The translations under genes and the position numbers were made by a program. Under the pieces are notes generated by a model. It was not told the DNA's origin and made no database searches. It was given only the letters and a program-made list of their open reading frames with translations. Positions 38,542 through 49,271 of a stretch of DNA of 64,000 nt are shown here, piece after piece. The stretch comes from an uncultured Nitrospiraceae bacterium (GTDB taxonomy: Bacteria; Nitrospirota; Nitrospiria; Nitrospirales; Nitrospiraceae). The stretch's first letter is position 1. Each line of letters opens with the position of its first letter. The stretch lies in assembly GCA_963706325.1 (NCBI GenBank), contig CAVPLT010000001.1, positions 672,001 through 736,000 on the forward strand, given 5' to 3'.

Positions 38542-38777
38542 AACGATCCTCCGCTTTGAGGAGTCTTAGCCGGTCGGCCGACGTAGAACTCGTAGATGGT
38601 CCCTTGGGTCTGGATCGCCACAGTCATACGAGGGATGCTCACGCCGGATAGCCGCTCCCGGCGACAGTGCTTAGGTTCCCTCTCCCTGACGAACACTATC
38701 TGACGCGCCGGTGTGATGACCCTTACATAAGCGTGGCGACTTCCTGGAACGCATCGTGGTGCCGTGAATTAAGACGT

Positions 38778-39644
38778 TCACTGGGCCGAAGGTGCTCCAT
38801 GATTTCGGATGATGAGGTCCCACGCTTGCTGGGCAGTTTCTGCAAAGTGAAACAATGCGAGATCGTCCGTGGCAATCAGACCGTCTTCCACCAACAACGG
38901 CCACTTGATGAGACGTTCCCAAAAGGCTTGGCCCACGAGAACGATGGTAATATTGCGGATTTTGCCCGTCTGGAGAAGCGTCAGCGTCTCGAACAGTTCG
39001 TCGAGCGTGCCGAACCCGCCGGGAAATACGACCAAGGCCCTGGCGCGTAGAAGGAAGTGCATCTTGCGCAGGGCGAAATAGCGAAATTGGAAGCAGAGAT
39101 CCGGCGTGATGTAGGGGTTGGGGTACTGTTCGTGGGGGAGTGTGATGTTGAGCCCCATGGACTTTGCGTTCGCATCAGCTGCTCCCCGGTTGGCGGCCTC
39201 CATGATGCCTGGGCCTCCGCCGGTGACGATGACGTATTCGCATTGACCATCGAGTTGACAGGTGGCGGACACGAGCCGGCCAAACTCCCGCGCGATGTCA
39301 TAATAGTGGGCCAGAGCGAGCCGACGCTCCGCCACGGCCATACGCTGTTGCAGCGTTCGGTTCTGCGGGCTGGCAAGCGACTCCGCTGTCGCCTCCTCCA
39401 AGGCTCGGCGCGCGAGCGCGGGTTCGAGAAGTCGCGCACTCCCAAAGACTACAATGGTTGAACGGATGCGGTGCTCTGCCTGAATGAGTTCCGGCTTGAG
39501 CGACTCCAATCCCAACCTCATAGGGCGAAGCTCATCGCGTTGCAGAAGCTCGATGTCTCGATCGGCTGGGATGTAGGAGGATGACGTGACGGCGTTGTAA
39601 CGGCCCGTGGAATCGTCGGCTGAACCAGCACCCATGGCCGGCAT
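38778..39644 (-). CDS. LOG family protein (TIGR00730-like)
   Basis: VFGSAR, TGGGPGIMEAAN, PGGFGTLDE. Confidence 0.92.
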   Translation of the reverse strand: MPAMGAGSADDSTGRYNAVTSSSYIPADRDIELLQRDELRPMRLGLESLKPELIQAEHRIRSTIVVFGSARLLEPALARRALEEATAESLASPQNRTLQQRMAVAERRLALAHYYDIAREFGRLVSATCQLDGQCEYVIVTGGGPGIMEAANRGAADANAKSMGLNITLPHEQYPNPYITPDLCFQFRYFALRKMHFLLRARALVVFPGGFGTLDELFETLTLLQTGKIRNITIVLVGQAFWERLIKWPLLVEDGLIATDDLALFHFAETAQQAWDLIIRNHGAPSAQ

Positions 39645-39699
39645 TATACCGAGATGCCCCGTGGGCGGCAATTCACTGCATTGTGAGTAAGACCGATTG

Positions 39700-40122
39700 T
39701 CAGAAGGGATAGGGCGTGAAGAGGGGTTCCGGCCTGTGCCGTACAAAGGCTTGGTGCATGATGACCCAGTTCGCGTCACAGATCAGCTCGTAGGCGTCCG
39801 CGCCGAAGCCTGACCGAGACAAGACCAGATCAGGATCCACGGGCGACCACGGTTTCACCAGCCATCCAAAGTTCACCCGAGAGTATTTCGCGTTAAGAAA
39901 CCGATAGGTCACGATGGAGCCCGTTTCAGCTTCGGTTATGGAGTCGGGGGCTCCCAACACCTCGACGACATCTATTAGTGTTGTGCGGCCTTCATTGATG
40001 AAGGCGACATGTTGTGGCGTAAGAGGCGTATTGATGGTGAGGCGTGCGACATTGCAGCCCGCCAGGGTTGTGCTGGTCAGAATAGCGAGTCCTAAAATGC
40101 GTAGCAGGTAACAGCTGGTCAT
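39700..40122 (-). CDS. Lipoprotein, BamE/SmpA-like
   Basis: Lipobox LAGC; G.TT..DV...LGAPD. Confidence 0.7.
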   Translation of the reverse strand: MTSCYLLRILGLAILTSTTLAGCNVARLTINTPLTPQHVAFINEGRTTLIDVVEVLGAPDSITEAETGSIVTYRFLNAKYSRVNFGWLVKPWSPVDPDLVLSRSGFGADAYELICDANWVIMHQAFVRHRPEPLFTPYPF

Positions 40123-40129
40123 GAGGGGG

Positions 40130-40510
40130 TCAGTCTCCAAAGGGCCAAAAGCGGAATTCGAGACCCTCTGTTCGTTTGGAGGCAATCACTTCCTCTACTA
40201 TTCCTTCTCGACTGATCAACACGAATAGGTCATCGCTTTTCACTGACACGCGCGAAAAGTTTACTAAGATCAAGAGCAAGCTTCCGACCTTAGCATCATA
40301 ACGATAATACTGAAACAAGTCGCGACCGTTCAGTTGCAGGACTCGGTCCGGAGCGCCTAGCTGTGCCAACACCTCGGCTGTGGTCGACGTCCCTTTTTTG
40401 ATGGCATTGATGGACTCTGTTTTAAGCTCGTCACCAAGTGTGCCTCGGCTAAACGCGCAGGCGTTCAACGTCAGCATCAAGACAGCCATAAGTACTCCAG
40501 TTACTCGCAT
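40130..40510 (-). CDS. Lipoprotein, BamE/SmpA-like
   Basis: Lipobox LNAC; G.ST..EV...LGAPD; reads on the minus strand (CAT at 40508-40510). Confidence 0.75.
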   Translation of the reverse strand: MRVTGVLMAVLMLTLNACAFSRGTLGDELKTESINAIKKGTSTTAEVLAQLGAPDRVLQLNGRDLFQYYRYDAKVGSLLLILVNFSRVSVKSDDLFVLISREGIVEEVIASKRTEGLEFRFWPFGD

Positions 40511-40546
40511 GCAAGATCCTCCTCCATAATGCTCGGATGAGATCGG

Positions 40547-41065
40547 TTAAACCTCATTGTCGGCGCTGTGACTGTGGGGCAGGACGAAATCCGATTCATA
40601 GATGTGGTAGGTCGAGAGAGAGAGCCCGACTCGATCATAGACATATTTGGCGACACGATTGCTTCCCTCGACATAGAGCCGGACGCCGCACACATCGGTC
40701 CGCGATGTCGCCAGGTCCAGAATGGCGCGATGCATGTGCCGGTACACACCCTTTCGTCGCCATGCCGGGTGCACGTACACGCTTTGGATCCACCAAAACA
40801 GGGCATTCCGCCAGTCGCTCCACTCATAGGTGATGAGAAGCTGCCCTATGGTCACTGTATCGACTGGCGGATCTTGCTGCAAGACTGCGACGAAATATTG
40901 TCCTCGCTCAGGCTGGTCGATGACAGCTTGGGTGCCCATACGTAATCGTGCTCGGTCCAAGGTGCGCTGTTCCGTCTCACTGGCCATGGCGGCGCTGAAT
41001 TCTGTCAAGGTCTCCAGGTCCTCATGCGTGGCCCGTCGTATCATGAGGTGATCAGCCAACGTCAT
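40547..41065 (-). CDS. GNAT family N-acetyltransferase
   Basis: TYEWSDWRN, IQSVYV.P.WRRKGVY. Confidence 0.92.
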   Translation of the reverse strand: MTLADHLMIRRATHEDLETLTEFSAAMASETEQRTLDRARLRMGTQAVIDQPERGQYFVAVLQQDPPVDTVTIGQLLITYEWSDWRNALFWWIQSVYVHPAWRRKGVYRHMHRAILDLATSRTDVCGVRLYVEGSNRVAKYVYDRVGLSLSTYHIYESDFVLPHSHSADNEV

Positions 41066-41688
41066 GACGATCCTCCCGTGGGTGACGAGAGCCAGCCCGG
41101 CAGGGGGCGGTACAAGCCGGCGGTGAATTCTAATTTCAAGGCCTCCTCGGGTAGCAGGCTAAGCGGGTGCAGTTGGGTCTTTGGAATCATCGCCAGGTAT
41201 CCAGTAAAGGGGTGAATGGCCGTGGGGACAAACACCATGACCAGTTCAGTCATCGGCGCGACCTGAAGCGCCTGCGGCGGCGCACCCATGACGAGACCTA
41301 AGGCCCAGAGCCCCTCGCGCGGGAAAGGAAAAGCAACCACGGTGCTCTTTCCAAATCGCGCCTTGTAGTTCAACAGGTCTGTCATGCTTTTGAGAGTGAG
41401 GTAGATGCTGCGAATCAAAGGAATCCGTTCGAGGGTCGCCTCGGTCCAGCGTACGAGCCGTTGTCCGATCACGTGCGTCGCGATGGCGCCGGCTGTGAAC
41501 ACCATACCGACGAGCAGGAGAACTCCCAAACCTGGGGCGTAAGGCTGCATTTGATGGCCGATAAGATCCAGCAAGAACGAATCCAGCGTTTCAAACAGGG
41601 CGACTAAAATCAGAAAGGTGGTCCATGCCGGAAGCAGAATGAGGAGTCCCGTGAGAAAAATGCGTCCGAGCCGTTGAGAAGCAGCCAC
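41062..41688 (-). CDS. DUF502 family membrane protein
   Basis: FLTGLLILLP, RIPLIRSIY, VFVPT..P.TG. Confidence 0.88.
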   Translation of the reverse strand: MAASQRLGRIFLTGLLILLPAWTTFLILVALFETLDSFLLDLIGHQMQPYAPGLGVLLLVGMVFTAGAIATHVIGQRLVRWTEATLERIPLIRSIYLTLKSMTDLLNYKARFGKSTVVAFPFPREGLWALGLVMGAPPQALQVAPMTELVMVFVPTAIHPFTGYLAMIPKTQLHPLSLLPEEALKLEFTAGLYRPLPGWLSSPTGGSS

Positions 41689-41844
41689 GCCGAGTCCTAG
41701 GTTTGGGTAGTCGAATGGGTGTGAGGTAAATAACGATATCAGATCCGGAATGAGATTTGGTATCTTCTTGATCTGTCAGTTCGTTTGGACTATCTTTCGT
41801 CAAACATTCCAGTCATCCATGTGGGTGAGATTGCGAGAGATATT

Positions 41845-42129
41845 GTGACTGACGACGTACGAAAAAAAGTTAATCTCGATAAGGATCTGTTAGCCATTCT
41901 CTGTTGCCCGGAAACTAAGCAAGTCGTCGTTCTGGCCGACGATGCCCTCATTCAAAAAATGAATGCGGCCATCGAGCGCGGGTCGTTGAAAAATAAGGCG
42001 CAGAAACCGGTCACGGAAAAGCTCGATGGGGGCTTGGTACGATCGGACAATCAAATTCTCTATCCCATACGTGAAGACATTCCCGTCATGCTCATCGACG
42101 AAGGTATTCCGCTCGCACAAATGTCCTAG
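41845..42129 (+). CDS. Trm112-like protein
   Basis: LLAILCCPETK...YPIREDIPVMLIDE. Confidence 0.85.
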   Translation: MTDDVRKKVNLDKDLLAILCCPETKQVVVLADDALIQKMNAAIERGSLKNKAQKPVTEKLDGGLVRSDNQILYPIREDIPVMLIDEGIPLAQMS

Positions 42130-42281
42130 TCGCAGCCATCGACTATCTTCCCTCTGCGCGTTATCGTCCCCTGAGGATGGCAATGTCCTCTCGAGGTCTT
42201 GGTTTGAACTTCCAAGCCAGTTCAGCGCGTGATGATGGACGGTGCAGGCCGAAGGCGCGGCATGCCATTATCTCGCAGGCG

Positions 42282-42569
42282 TCAGGGTGCGAGCAGACCT
42301 TCCTCTGGCGAAGCCTTTTCCGTTTTTGACCCGGTAGAGGCTCCGCACTGAGCGCAGAGGTATTCGTAAAGATTGCCGGTTGGTAGGACGAGCAGGAGTC
42401 GTTGACGGGTTGGGGTCGCTTGGCGACAGTGTCCGCAATAGAGCAACGAGGCGTTAAACGAATCGTATTGGTCGGTTGACTGCTGACCTGGGGATGGCCT
42501 CGTCGATCGCGTGCTGACGGCGCGTGGAGGCCAGTTGGGCGTTGATGGTTTATTCGGGGGTCTCTGCAT
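42282..42569 (-). CDS. Small zinc-ribbon hypothetical protein
   Basis: CGHC...CAQC. Confidence 0.75.
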   Translation of the reverse strand: MQRPPNKPSTPNWPPRAVSTRSTRPSPGQQSTDQYDSFNASLLYCGHCRQATPTRQRLLLVLPTGNLYEYLCAQCGASTGSKTEKASPEEGLLAP

Positions 42570-42621
42570 GGCCTTATTTTACTGAAGGGGAAGTGCGTAC
42601 GGCAACGCTGAATGTAGTCGG

Positions 42622-42861
42622 TTAGGAATGACCGATGGTCGAATCCACCTGGGCGTCTCGCTGGTCGCTATTTTTGCCACGAAAGATCCACCAGATTGAA
42701 CGTACAACCTGAACCACGACGTAGAGCGTGAAACCGGAGAGAATCCCGTACAGCCACGCCTTGCTCCAGGGCCATAAGTCGGGTGCGTGCAAGACCACGG
42801 CAAGCGCGATATGGCCTCCCAAACCGAGACAAATTGCGAAGATGATCCACTCACGGGCCAT
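42622..42861 (-). CDS. Small membrane protein
   Basis: Two hydrophobic segments, GAGGG RBS. Confidence 0.7.
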   Translation of the reverse strand: MAREWIIFAICLGLGGHIALAVVLHAPDLWPWSKAWLYGILSGFTLYVVVQVVRSIWWIFRGKNSDQRDAQVDSTIGHS

Positions 42862-42918
42862 AGTCGCCCTCGAAGGAGGCCACGATGAAGGAGGGGCCTG
42901 AAGACAATCGATCGGCGG

Positions 42919-43287
42919 TCAAACTGAGGTCTTAGCAGACTCGATCTCGGTCGCCGTGATCAAGCTGGACAGATAATCCGCCACGAAATTCAAGGCTTCC
43001 TCGCGTCCATCGGCCCGACGGCCTTTTTCACGACGTTGCACAGAGAGCTCATGGTCCAAGTCGGATTTCACTTCCGTCAGTACACGTTGCAGTGTCGTGG
43101 GAGTGATATTGGTATCCATGTCTTCAAGTTCTTGGCATCGATCCAACACCCAGTTCAATCCCTCAATGCGGCCTGCATAGTGCTCCTGCTCGGCAGTATC
43201 AATTCGAGACATGGTGGTTGCGAAAGTTTGGGCTTCATAGATCAGATTGTAAAAACTCGTCACGGCGCGCTGTAACGTGGGATTCAT
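42919..43287 (-). CDS. Hypothetical helical protein
   Basis: AAGGAG RBS, 122 aa ORF. Confidence 0.8.
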   Translation of the reverse strand: MNPTLQRAVTSFYNLIYEAQTFATTMSRIDTAEQEHYAGRIEGLNWVLDRCQELEDMDTNITPTTLQRVLTEVKSDLDHELSVQRREKGRRADGREEALNFVADYLSSLITATEIESAKTSV

Positions 43288-43371
43288 AATACTCCTTGGC
43301 TCGTAATTAGGTTCTGTTGATTATACCTGAGATTGAGGAGGCAACAAGGTATTTTTTTGCTGGACGAAGAC

Positions 43372-43731
43372 TTACGTAAAGAGAAGGGAATGGAATTCGT
43401 TCATAAACCCGTAGTAGAGAGGGGCAAAGTCCTTTAGGCTGTCCGGACTATTCTCCTTAAGACGTTTGAAAAAAAACACCTGGGCGCGTGGATCTAACTG
43501 CTCCAGGAGTCGGCTGAGATGCGCCATGCTGTAACTGCCTGTCGGAACACTCAGGACATAATGCACCAGTCGCTCGACAAACTGTTGCTCCACATACTCA
43601 CTGCTGAGAAAACCTTCCGGAATCTTGCCTGATGCGAGATACTCGTCGAAAGGAATTGCTTGGGCGGCAAAAGGGAGTGACTGCTGCGGACGGGAGGTCA
43701 CGCTGAGGTTACCTCGTTGAGGAGAAGGCAA
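43372..43731 (-). CDS. Hypothetical protein
   Basis: 119 aa ORF, co-oriented with its neighbours. Confidence 0.75.
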   Translation of the reverse strand: MPSPQRGNLSVTSRPQQSLPFAAQAIPFDEYLASGKIPEGFLSSEYVEQQFVERLVHYVLSVPTGSYSMAHLSRLLEQLDPRAQVFFFKRLKENSPDSLKDFAPLYYGFMNEFHSLLFT

Positions 43732-43963
43732 TTAAACAACATTCGGGTCACTCTACTGAAGGCCCTCCTGTCCGTCAAGTGGACAGAAGCAGCAGGTCTA
43801 CCTGAGTCGAAAGGCTAAACCATGGAGTTGAGAATGGGCAATTCAGGCGGATCAATAGTCTGATTTTCATTTGGCCGTACTGGCCTCGCTCGAAAATGGC
43901 GGATCGGTTGCTGAGACGCTTCCTATGTCTTGCGATGGAGTGGCGACAAATGCGACGGCTAGC

Positions 43964-43993
43964 TTGACAGCCTTTACGCATGGTCGGTAGAAT
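43964..43993 (+). promoter_or_regulatory. Sigma70 promoter of tRNA-Gly
   Basis: TTGACA-N18-TAGAAT. Confidence 0.7.
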
Positions 43994-44019
43994 CCCGCTT
44001 CCGATTTGGTCCGGCAGAA

Positions 44020-44094
44020 GCGGGAATAGCTCAGTGGTAGAGCATCGCCTTGCCAAGGCGAGGGTCGCGGGTTCAAATCCCGTTTCCCGCTCCA
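44020..44094 (+). tRNA. tRNA-Gly(GCC)
   Basis: GCGGGAATAGCTCAGTGGTAGAGC..TCGCC-TTGCCAA-GGCGA..GGTTCAAATCC..TTCCCGCTCCA. Confidence 0.98.
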
Positions 44095-44381
44095 ATTTTC
44101 TCAGGCACCTGCACCTGCCCCCCTCCTTATTGTGATGCTTTATGGGACCGCTGGGAGTGAACGTCTGACGACATCGGCATCGGACCCTGTGGAGACACGT
44201 TCTCCTGCTCCGTAGGTATACGCACATCCAGTTGGAGGTTAGAGGGAATGACCGTCATCTAAGAATGTGCATTGTTTCCAGGGTCCGATTCCAGTCGCAT
44301 TAAGGTTCAGGGTGCGCTTGGAATTTTGGCTCATTTTCACTAGTCTTCGTGGTGAATTAGTGCAATACAACTCGCGTAGGC

Positions 44382-45317
44382 CTAGCTGAATAGTCGAAAT
44401 AGATCAAGGGTCAAGCTAACGCCATACGTCGGGCCGAAGTCAGTCCTGCTGATGTTTCCGAGACTATCGTTCCACGTTTGTAACCGCACAGGTCCGCCAC
44501 TCACCGCTGCCGACCAGAAAAACTGTTTTCGGCTTTGCCCCACTGCATTGACAAAAATACCCGAATCCCAAGTGACCGCGACTTCTACTTCCCAGGTAGG
44601 CACGGTTTCGCCCTTGTCGTTTCGGGCATATTGGCCAATGGCCAGCGTGGGTTGGACAAGATGCGAGGTCTGTTTGGTGGCATGCAGCACGGCTCCGTTT
44701 TCTTGAAGACTCACACGCCCCAGAATAGAGGTCCGTACACTCACCCCTCCCCAATCTCCACGATATAAATCGGGCGTGATTTGTAGACGACGCACGCCGG
44801 TCCTCAAAAACGCCTCGTGATAGAGTGTGCCGAGTGAGATGCCGCCACCCAAAAATATGGCCTTGGGCTGCCATAGCGGGAGCCACTTTGTCACGGATCC
44901 GTCGACCATGACATCCGTATCTCTCCGTGGCTGGAAGCTCGGGACAGGGGGCAGGTGGCGAAGTTGATGCACGACTTTATTTTGGAAGAATTCGCTGGGT
45001 TCGTTGCTCGTGGGACTGATGCCCACGGTAAGATTTGTGCTCCATCCAGCCGACCGATCCCCCCAGTGCTGCGTCCGACTCAGTGTGATGAGGTTGAGCC
45101 CCAATGTATGGGAGATGGTCGAATCATATTTCAGACCCGTTCCATCGGTGGGAGTAAAGCGATTGAGCGTCAACCCGGCAGTGAGAGTTGAATACTGATC
45201 TGGGAAAGCGAGACCGCCCCAATGCGCAGAAGGGGCGGGGGCTTCACCAAAGGCCTCGCTACTAGCAAGAGCTACAGTCAGCAGTACGGCGCACAATATT
45301 CTCGGCACAAGGCACAT
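44382..45317 (-). CDS. Exported hypothetical protein, possible outer-membrane beta-barrel
   Basis: Signal peptide, amphipathic beta strands, C-terminal YGVSLTLDLF. Confidence 0.7.
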   Translation of the reverse strand: MCLVPRILCAVLLTVALASSEAFGEAPAPSAHWGGLAFPDQYSTLTAGLTLNRFTPTDGTGLKYDSTISHTLGLNLITLSRTQHWGDRSAGWSTNLTVGISPTSNEPSEFFQNKVVHQLRHLPPVPSFQPRRDTDVMVDGSVTKWLPLWQPKAIFLGGGISLGTLYHEAFLRTGVRRLQITPDLYRGDWGGVSVRTSILGRVSLQENGAVLHATKQTSHLVQPTLAIGQYARNDKGETVPTWEVEVAVTWDSGIFVNAVGQSRKQFFWSAAVSGGPVRLQTWNDSLGNISRTDFGPTYGVSLTLDLFRLFS

Positions 45318-45830
45318 GCCATTTCCTTCTACCTGTTGTCCAGCTGGGCGCAGCCAGGTCTAGATTCTGATAGCTGTACGTTGTAGCCCTCCTGAGTGCC
45401 ACGTCATTCGGTACAGTTAGAAAAATGTGCCTTGATGATGAGGTCTGCGGAACTGAAAGGCGCGGGCTAGGAGCTCGAAGTGCTTTCGGAAAAGCGGACT
45501 CAGTTGTTTAGACGAATGACACGTCAGCGCAAGAGCGGAGAGAGTCAGGGAGAGGGCCTGCGTCGAGATTGGATCGAAAAGACACAACATGCTGAAGAGC
45601 CCTTTGCGAGAAGCTTCGTGCGGAATGCGTATCGCACTTCCAGTAAGGTAGTGTCTTTGTAACACGCTCCGGGCTTCTCCAAAAGATCGTTTCAGTATCG
45701 TATTCTGTTCTAGCGAGGCTTTGCGTCTGCATACAGGGTGTGTGAACGAGACTGTCCATGAGGTACATCTCTCCCCTCAATCCGCTTGTCGCCCGTTATG
45801 CGGGCAACAGCGTATTCGATCGATGCTGCT

Positions 45831-48080
45831 TCACAAGACCCTAACGTTACGATTAGCTTGTACTGCGCTCGTTAGCGTTTGAGGGAGGGAGGGAGGAGAT
45901 GATTTTCCAAGGGCGTGAAGGCGCTGCAACAGGTTTTCTGCCGTGGAGCGTTCTTCTACCGTCAAGGGCGCGTGGCCAAATCGGACTCGAGTGTAGAGCT
46001 GAGTCAGTGCATGTGCGGACGGCCAAGCTTCCGACCATTTGTCGTGAACATGGCGAAGAAATTCCACCGGCGTGGCGCTCGCCACTTTCACGATTCCGTG
46101 CTGTGCCAAGCAGGCTATCATACGGCTGTATAAGGTGATGACGACGCGCTGATTGGCCGAGTAGACGTCTTGACGCAAGGAGTTAGGCCCATCGTGCCGT
46201 AGTGTCCGTATCACGAGGAAGCCTACCGTAATTGCCAGTAGAAGGACGAGCGCTGTCCGCGAAATGCCGACGGATAAAAGCGATTTCATAAATCGGCCGA
46301 GCATGGTCGATCCATGGCGGAGCAGCGTCATCAATGACTCAGACATGCTTGCACGCATTGCCTCTCCGCTTTCCCGAATGCCTTGCACGACGGCGTATTG
46401 GTCGCTTGCGCTGTAGTTGAGAAAGAGACGATCCCATGTGAGGCGGGCCGAGTCCATCACGCTACCGACAGATTCCCACCAGGTTTGGGTCGTTGTTTCG
46501 AGGGCAGCGGGGGTAGGGTCCATCGTGACCCATCCTGATTGTGGAAAATACACCTCTACCCACGCGTGGGCGTCCCGCTGGCGCACCGTATAGTAATTTC
46601 CGAACTGATTCCATTCGGTGGCTAGAAATCCTGTTACCAGCCTGGCGGGAATCCCGATCGTGCGAAGCAGCATGACCATCGCGGTGGCGTAATGTTCGCA
46701 GTAGCCGGTTTTCCGAATGAGAAGAAAGTCTTCCAAGGGGTGCGCCGATTGCAATGTGGGCACATCCAAGTTGTATCGATACTGAGTCAGTAAATGTGTG
46801 CGAATCAGGTCTACTCGCTCCAAGACCGTGGTCGCAGGTTGAGTCACTTGACGGGCGAGGGCGATGACACGTGCGTCGAGCGCGGGAACCTGAAGATATT
46901 GTTGGACGATAAACTCGGGGTATAGAAACGAACCGGCCGACTTTTCTGCTGGTATCAGGCGGGCCGGGAAGGAGTTGACTGTATAGTGGATGCGGGCATG
47001 AGAAGGAAACGGAAGCTGTAAGGACCCCATCAGGTCGGCCTGTACCGAGAGGAAATTCCCTCTAATGGAGGTAGGTATTGAGACTCCGAATAACACGGCG
47101 GTGTCGAGCGGCTCAAGAAGAATGTCCTGTCGAAGGCTTCTGATGGCCGCACCTGACTTGGCTCCGGATGCCCGGAGCGTAAAGGTGCCCTGCGGGAATT
47201 CCGTAAGCATGCGCCGGTGCGGCAGGCTATTGCTCCAGGATTTCCCGTTGTAGCGATTGTAGGCCACTCCTCGGAGATAAAGCGGTTCTCGCCTTGATTC
47301 GTCCCCGACGATATCCGGCAATTCTACCCGCATTACGATGCTGGGGTCTTGTTTAACCGGACCGATAGCTCCCAGATCGACAAGCTCAGAAAAGCCCGTG
47401 GTGCGTAGACTTTCCTCGCGGTTGTGTTGAAAGAAGCCCACCCCGATTCGTGGAATAGAAAAAAAGAACAACAGTGTAAGGCCGAATGCGCAGGCGGCCA
47501 TCGTATTGGTCGTCCAGAAGAACCTGGACGTAATGGACGCCATCGACGAGGGAGGCAGCGCCTCGTCAAGGTCGGTCAATGGATCGTACGACTGCTCCTG
47601 CTCTTTTACGAGGTGAAAGAGCAGCAGGGTCCAGACTCCTACCACAAGATAGAGAAGAAAGAAGGGCGCATACCAGATCTGAGTGGTGAGTGCGGCAGAG
47701 GCCAGGAGCGTGATCAAGGTAATTGCATACAACTGCAAGACATCGCGCCGTTGATCGAGGTTTGAGAGTTTGTTCACCAAGAGCAACACAAGAAAATGTA
47801 CCCCGGCTGGGAGGAGTTCTTGCGACAGGAATAACAGATCGACCCAGAATCCGGCGAATGCGATGAGAAGAAATACGTTCCATGTGAGTGCGGAGAACTG
47901 GAGGCGGAGCGGGTGACCAGAGAACAAAGATGAGTGAGTCATCCGTAAGAGCGCTAGGATGAATGCCGCACCGACCAGAGTGAGAAGCCATGGGGGCATC
48001 GAGATCGCGAGCGCGAGACTCGCGAAGCTTGTAGCGGCCAATAGGATTGCGCTAAGCCGGAAGGCGAGATTCAACCGCAT
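45831..48080 (-). CDS. Transglutaminase TgpA-like membrane protein (DUF3488 + TG domain)
   Basis: Multiple TM segments, GYCEHYA, AHAWVEVY, DPTP. Confidence 0.92.
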   Translation of the reverse strand: MRLNLAFRLSAILLAATSFASLALAISMPPWLLTLVGAAFILALLRMTHSSLFSGHPLRLQFSALTWNVFLLIAFAGFWVDLLFLSQELLPAGVHFLVLLLVNKLSNLDQRRDVLQLYAITLITLLASAALTTQIWYAPFFLLYLVVGVWTLLLFHLVKEQEQSYDPLTDLDEALPPSSMASITSRFFWTTNTMAACAFGLTLLFFFSIPRIGVGFFQHNREESLRTTGFSELVDLGAIGPVKQDPSIVMRVELPDIVGDESRREPLYLRGVAYNRYNGKSWSNSLPHRRMLTEFPQGTFTLRASGAKSGAAIRSLRQDILLEPLDTAVLFGVSIPTSIRGNFLSVQADLMGSLQLPFPSHARIHYTVNSFPARLIPAEKSAGSFLYPEFIVQQYLQVPALDARVIALARQVTQPATTVLERVDLIRTHLLTQYRYNLDVPTLQSAHPLEDFLLIRKTGYCEHYATAMVMLLRTIGIPARLVTGFLATEWNQFGNYYTVRQRDAHAWVEVYFPQSGWVTMDPTPAALETTTQTWWESVGSVMDSARLTWDRLFLNYSASDQYAVVQGIRESGEAMRASMSESLMTLLRHGSTMLGRFMKSLLSVGISRTALVLLLAITVGFLVIRTLRHDGPNSLRQDVYSANQRVVITLYSRMIACLAQHGIVKVASATPVEFLRHVHDKWSEAWPSAHALTQLYTRVRFGHAPLTVEERSTAENLLQRLHALGKSSPPSLPQTLTSAVQANRNVRVL

Positions 48081-49224
48081 CGAAGAGATCCCTGTAAGAC
48101 TGAGGAGAAATGACGTGATCGACCGCCGGCAATGCATCGCGGTGGGCGGGGGCAATCCAGGGCAGTATCAAGATGGTCAACCCTTCACGCGACTCTGCCA
48201 GCGCCTGTGCCATGGGCTGTTGAATGGACTCGCCTGAGCACGCAGTGCGCCGCTCACAGAGTGCTAGGGCATGAAGTAAGTGAAGGAATTGGGCGGGCCC
48301 ATTGGCCAGCATCTCCTCCTGGTCGCCGAGCAACAGGCGGACGTGGTAGCGGTCGCTCAGCAAGAGATTGACCAATGATGCGGCGATTGAGAGTGCTCGT
48401 TCGAACACGTTATCCTCCTCAATCGGCGCGACGGTCGAGATGGCCACCGTGACGCATTGCTGGTCTTCCGCTTCGGTTTCTTTGAGCATCAATCTTGATG
48501 TACGGGCCGTCGTCATCCAATGGATGGCGCGTGCATCGTCACCAGGGCGAAACTCTCGCAGATTGTGCAGCGAGTTCCCTGGCCCGCGACGGGTCACTTC
48601 GCGATGGTGCCCGATAAACTGCAATTCGTGAAGCTGCAGCGATGGCAATGGAATGATTTCCGGGCAAACGACGATAGTGGCCTCGGAACCATAAAACGCC
48701 TTCTTATGGAACAGTCCGAATGGAAACGGTGTGACGACACGGACTCCGTCGAAGCGATACGGTCCACGCCGTCGCACGAGTAACGGATAGGAAACCAGCG
48801 TCGAGGAGTGGGGGGCCAGGTGCGAGAGACGAACCTTGCGATCAATGTCCTGGCCATCCACGACGTCGAACAGGCGCAGGGACACACTCGGGATGCACGA
48901 CTTGCGATTGGCTATCCACAGGCTCACGGTCGCGGACTCATTTGCAAAAAGATATTCCGGCAGGTGGCGATGAAATTCCAATCGTCGCACGCATTGTTCC
49001 GAAAGTAAGCCAGACAGGACGATCAGACTCAGCATCATGGCCAGAAGGAGATAGAACAGGTTATTTCCGGTGTTGATCGCCGTGACTCCGACGGCCAGGG
49101 TTAACAACAAAAAACGGGTGCCTTCTGTCGTCAGTTGAACCGCACGATTTGGAGACAACCACCGAAGGACTGTCCGGAGGGTATTGAACAATTTGTTGCG
49201 AGGCGAACGTTGTCCCCGTGCCAT
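48052..49224 (-). CDS. DUF58 protein
   Basis: NTGNNL, FPFGLF, LREFRPGDD.R.IHW. Confidence 0.92.
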   Translation of the reverse strand: MARGQRSPRNKLFNTLRTVLRWLSPNRAVQLTTEGTRFLLLTLAVGVTAINTGNNLFYLLLAMMLSLIVLSGLLSEQCVRRLEFHRHLPEYLFANESATVSLWIANRKSCIPSVSLRLFDVVDGQDIDRKVRLSHLAPHSSTLVSYPLLVRRRGPYRFDGVRVVTPFPFGLFHKKAFYGSEATIVVCPEIIPLPSLQLHELQFIGHHREVTRRGPGNSLHNLREFRPGDDARAIHWMTTARTSRLMLKETEAEDQQCVTVAISTVAPIEEDNVFERALSIAASLVNLLLSDRYHVRLLLGDQEEMLANGPAQFLHLLHALALCERRTACSGESIQQPMAQALAESREGLTILILPWIAPAHRDALPAVDHVISPQSYRDLFDAVESRLPA

Positions 49225-49271
49225 TCTGGCGCTCCTATATGTGCCACATCTTTACGGGCACGGAAGGCTTG

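Noticed and set aside
40130..40510. ORF track label of + strand
   Set aside because: The listed protein is encoded on the minus strand (CAT at 40508-40510, TCA at 40130-40132)
44095..45800. Island at tRNA-Gly
   Set aside because: No integrase or duplicated tRNA end; only one exported protein and weak ORFs
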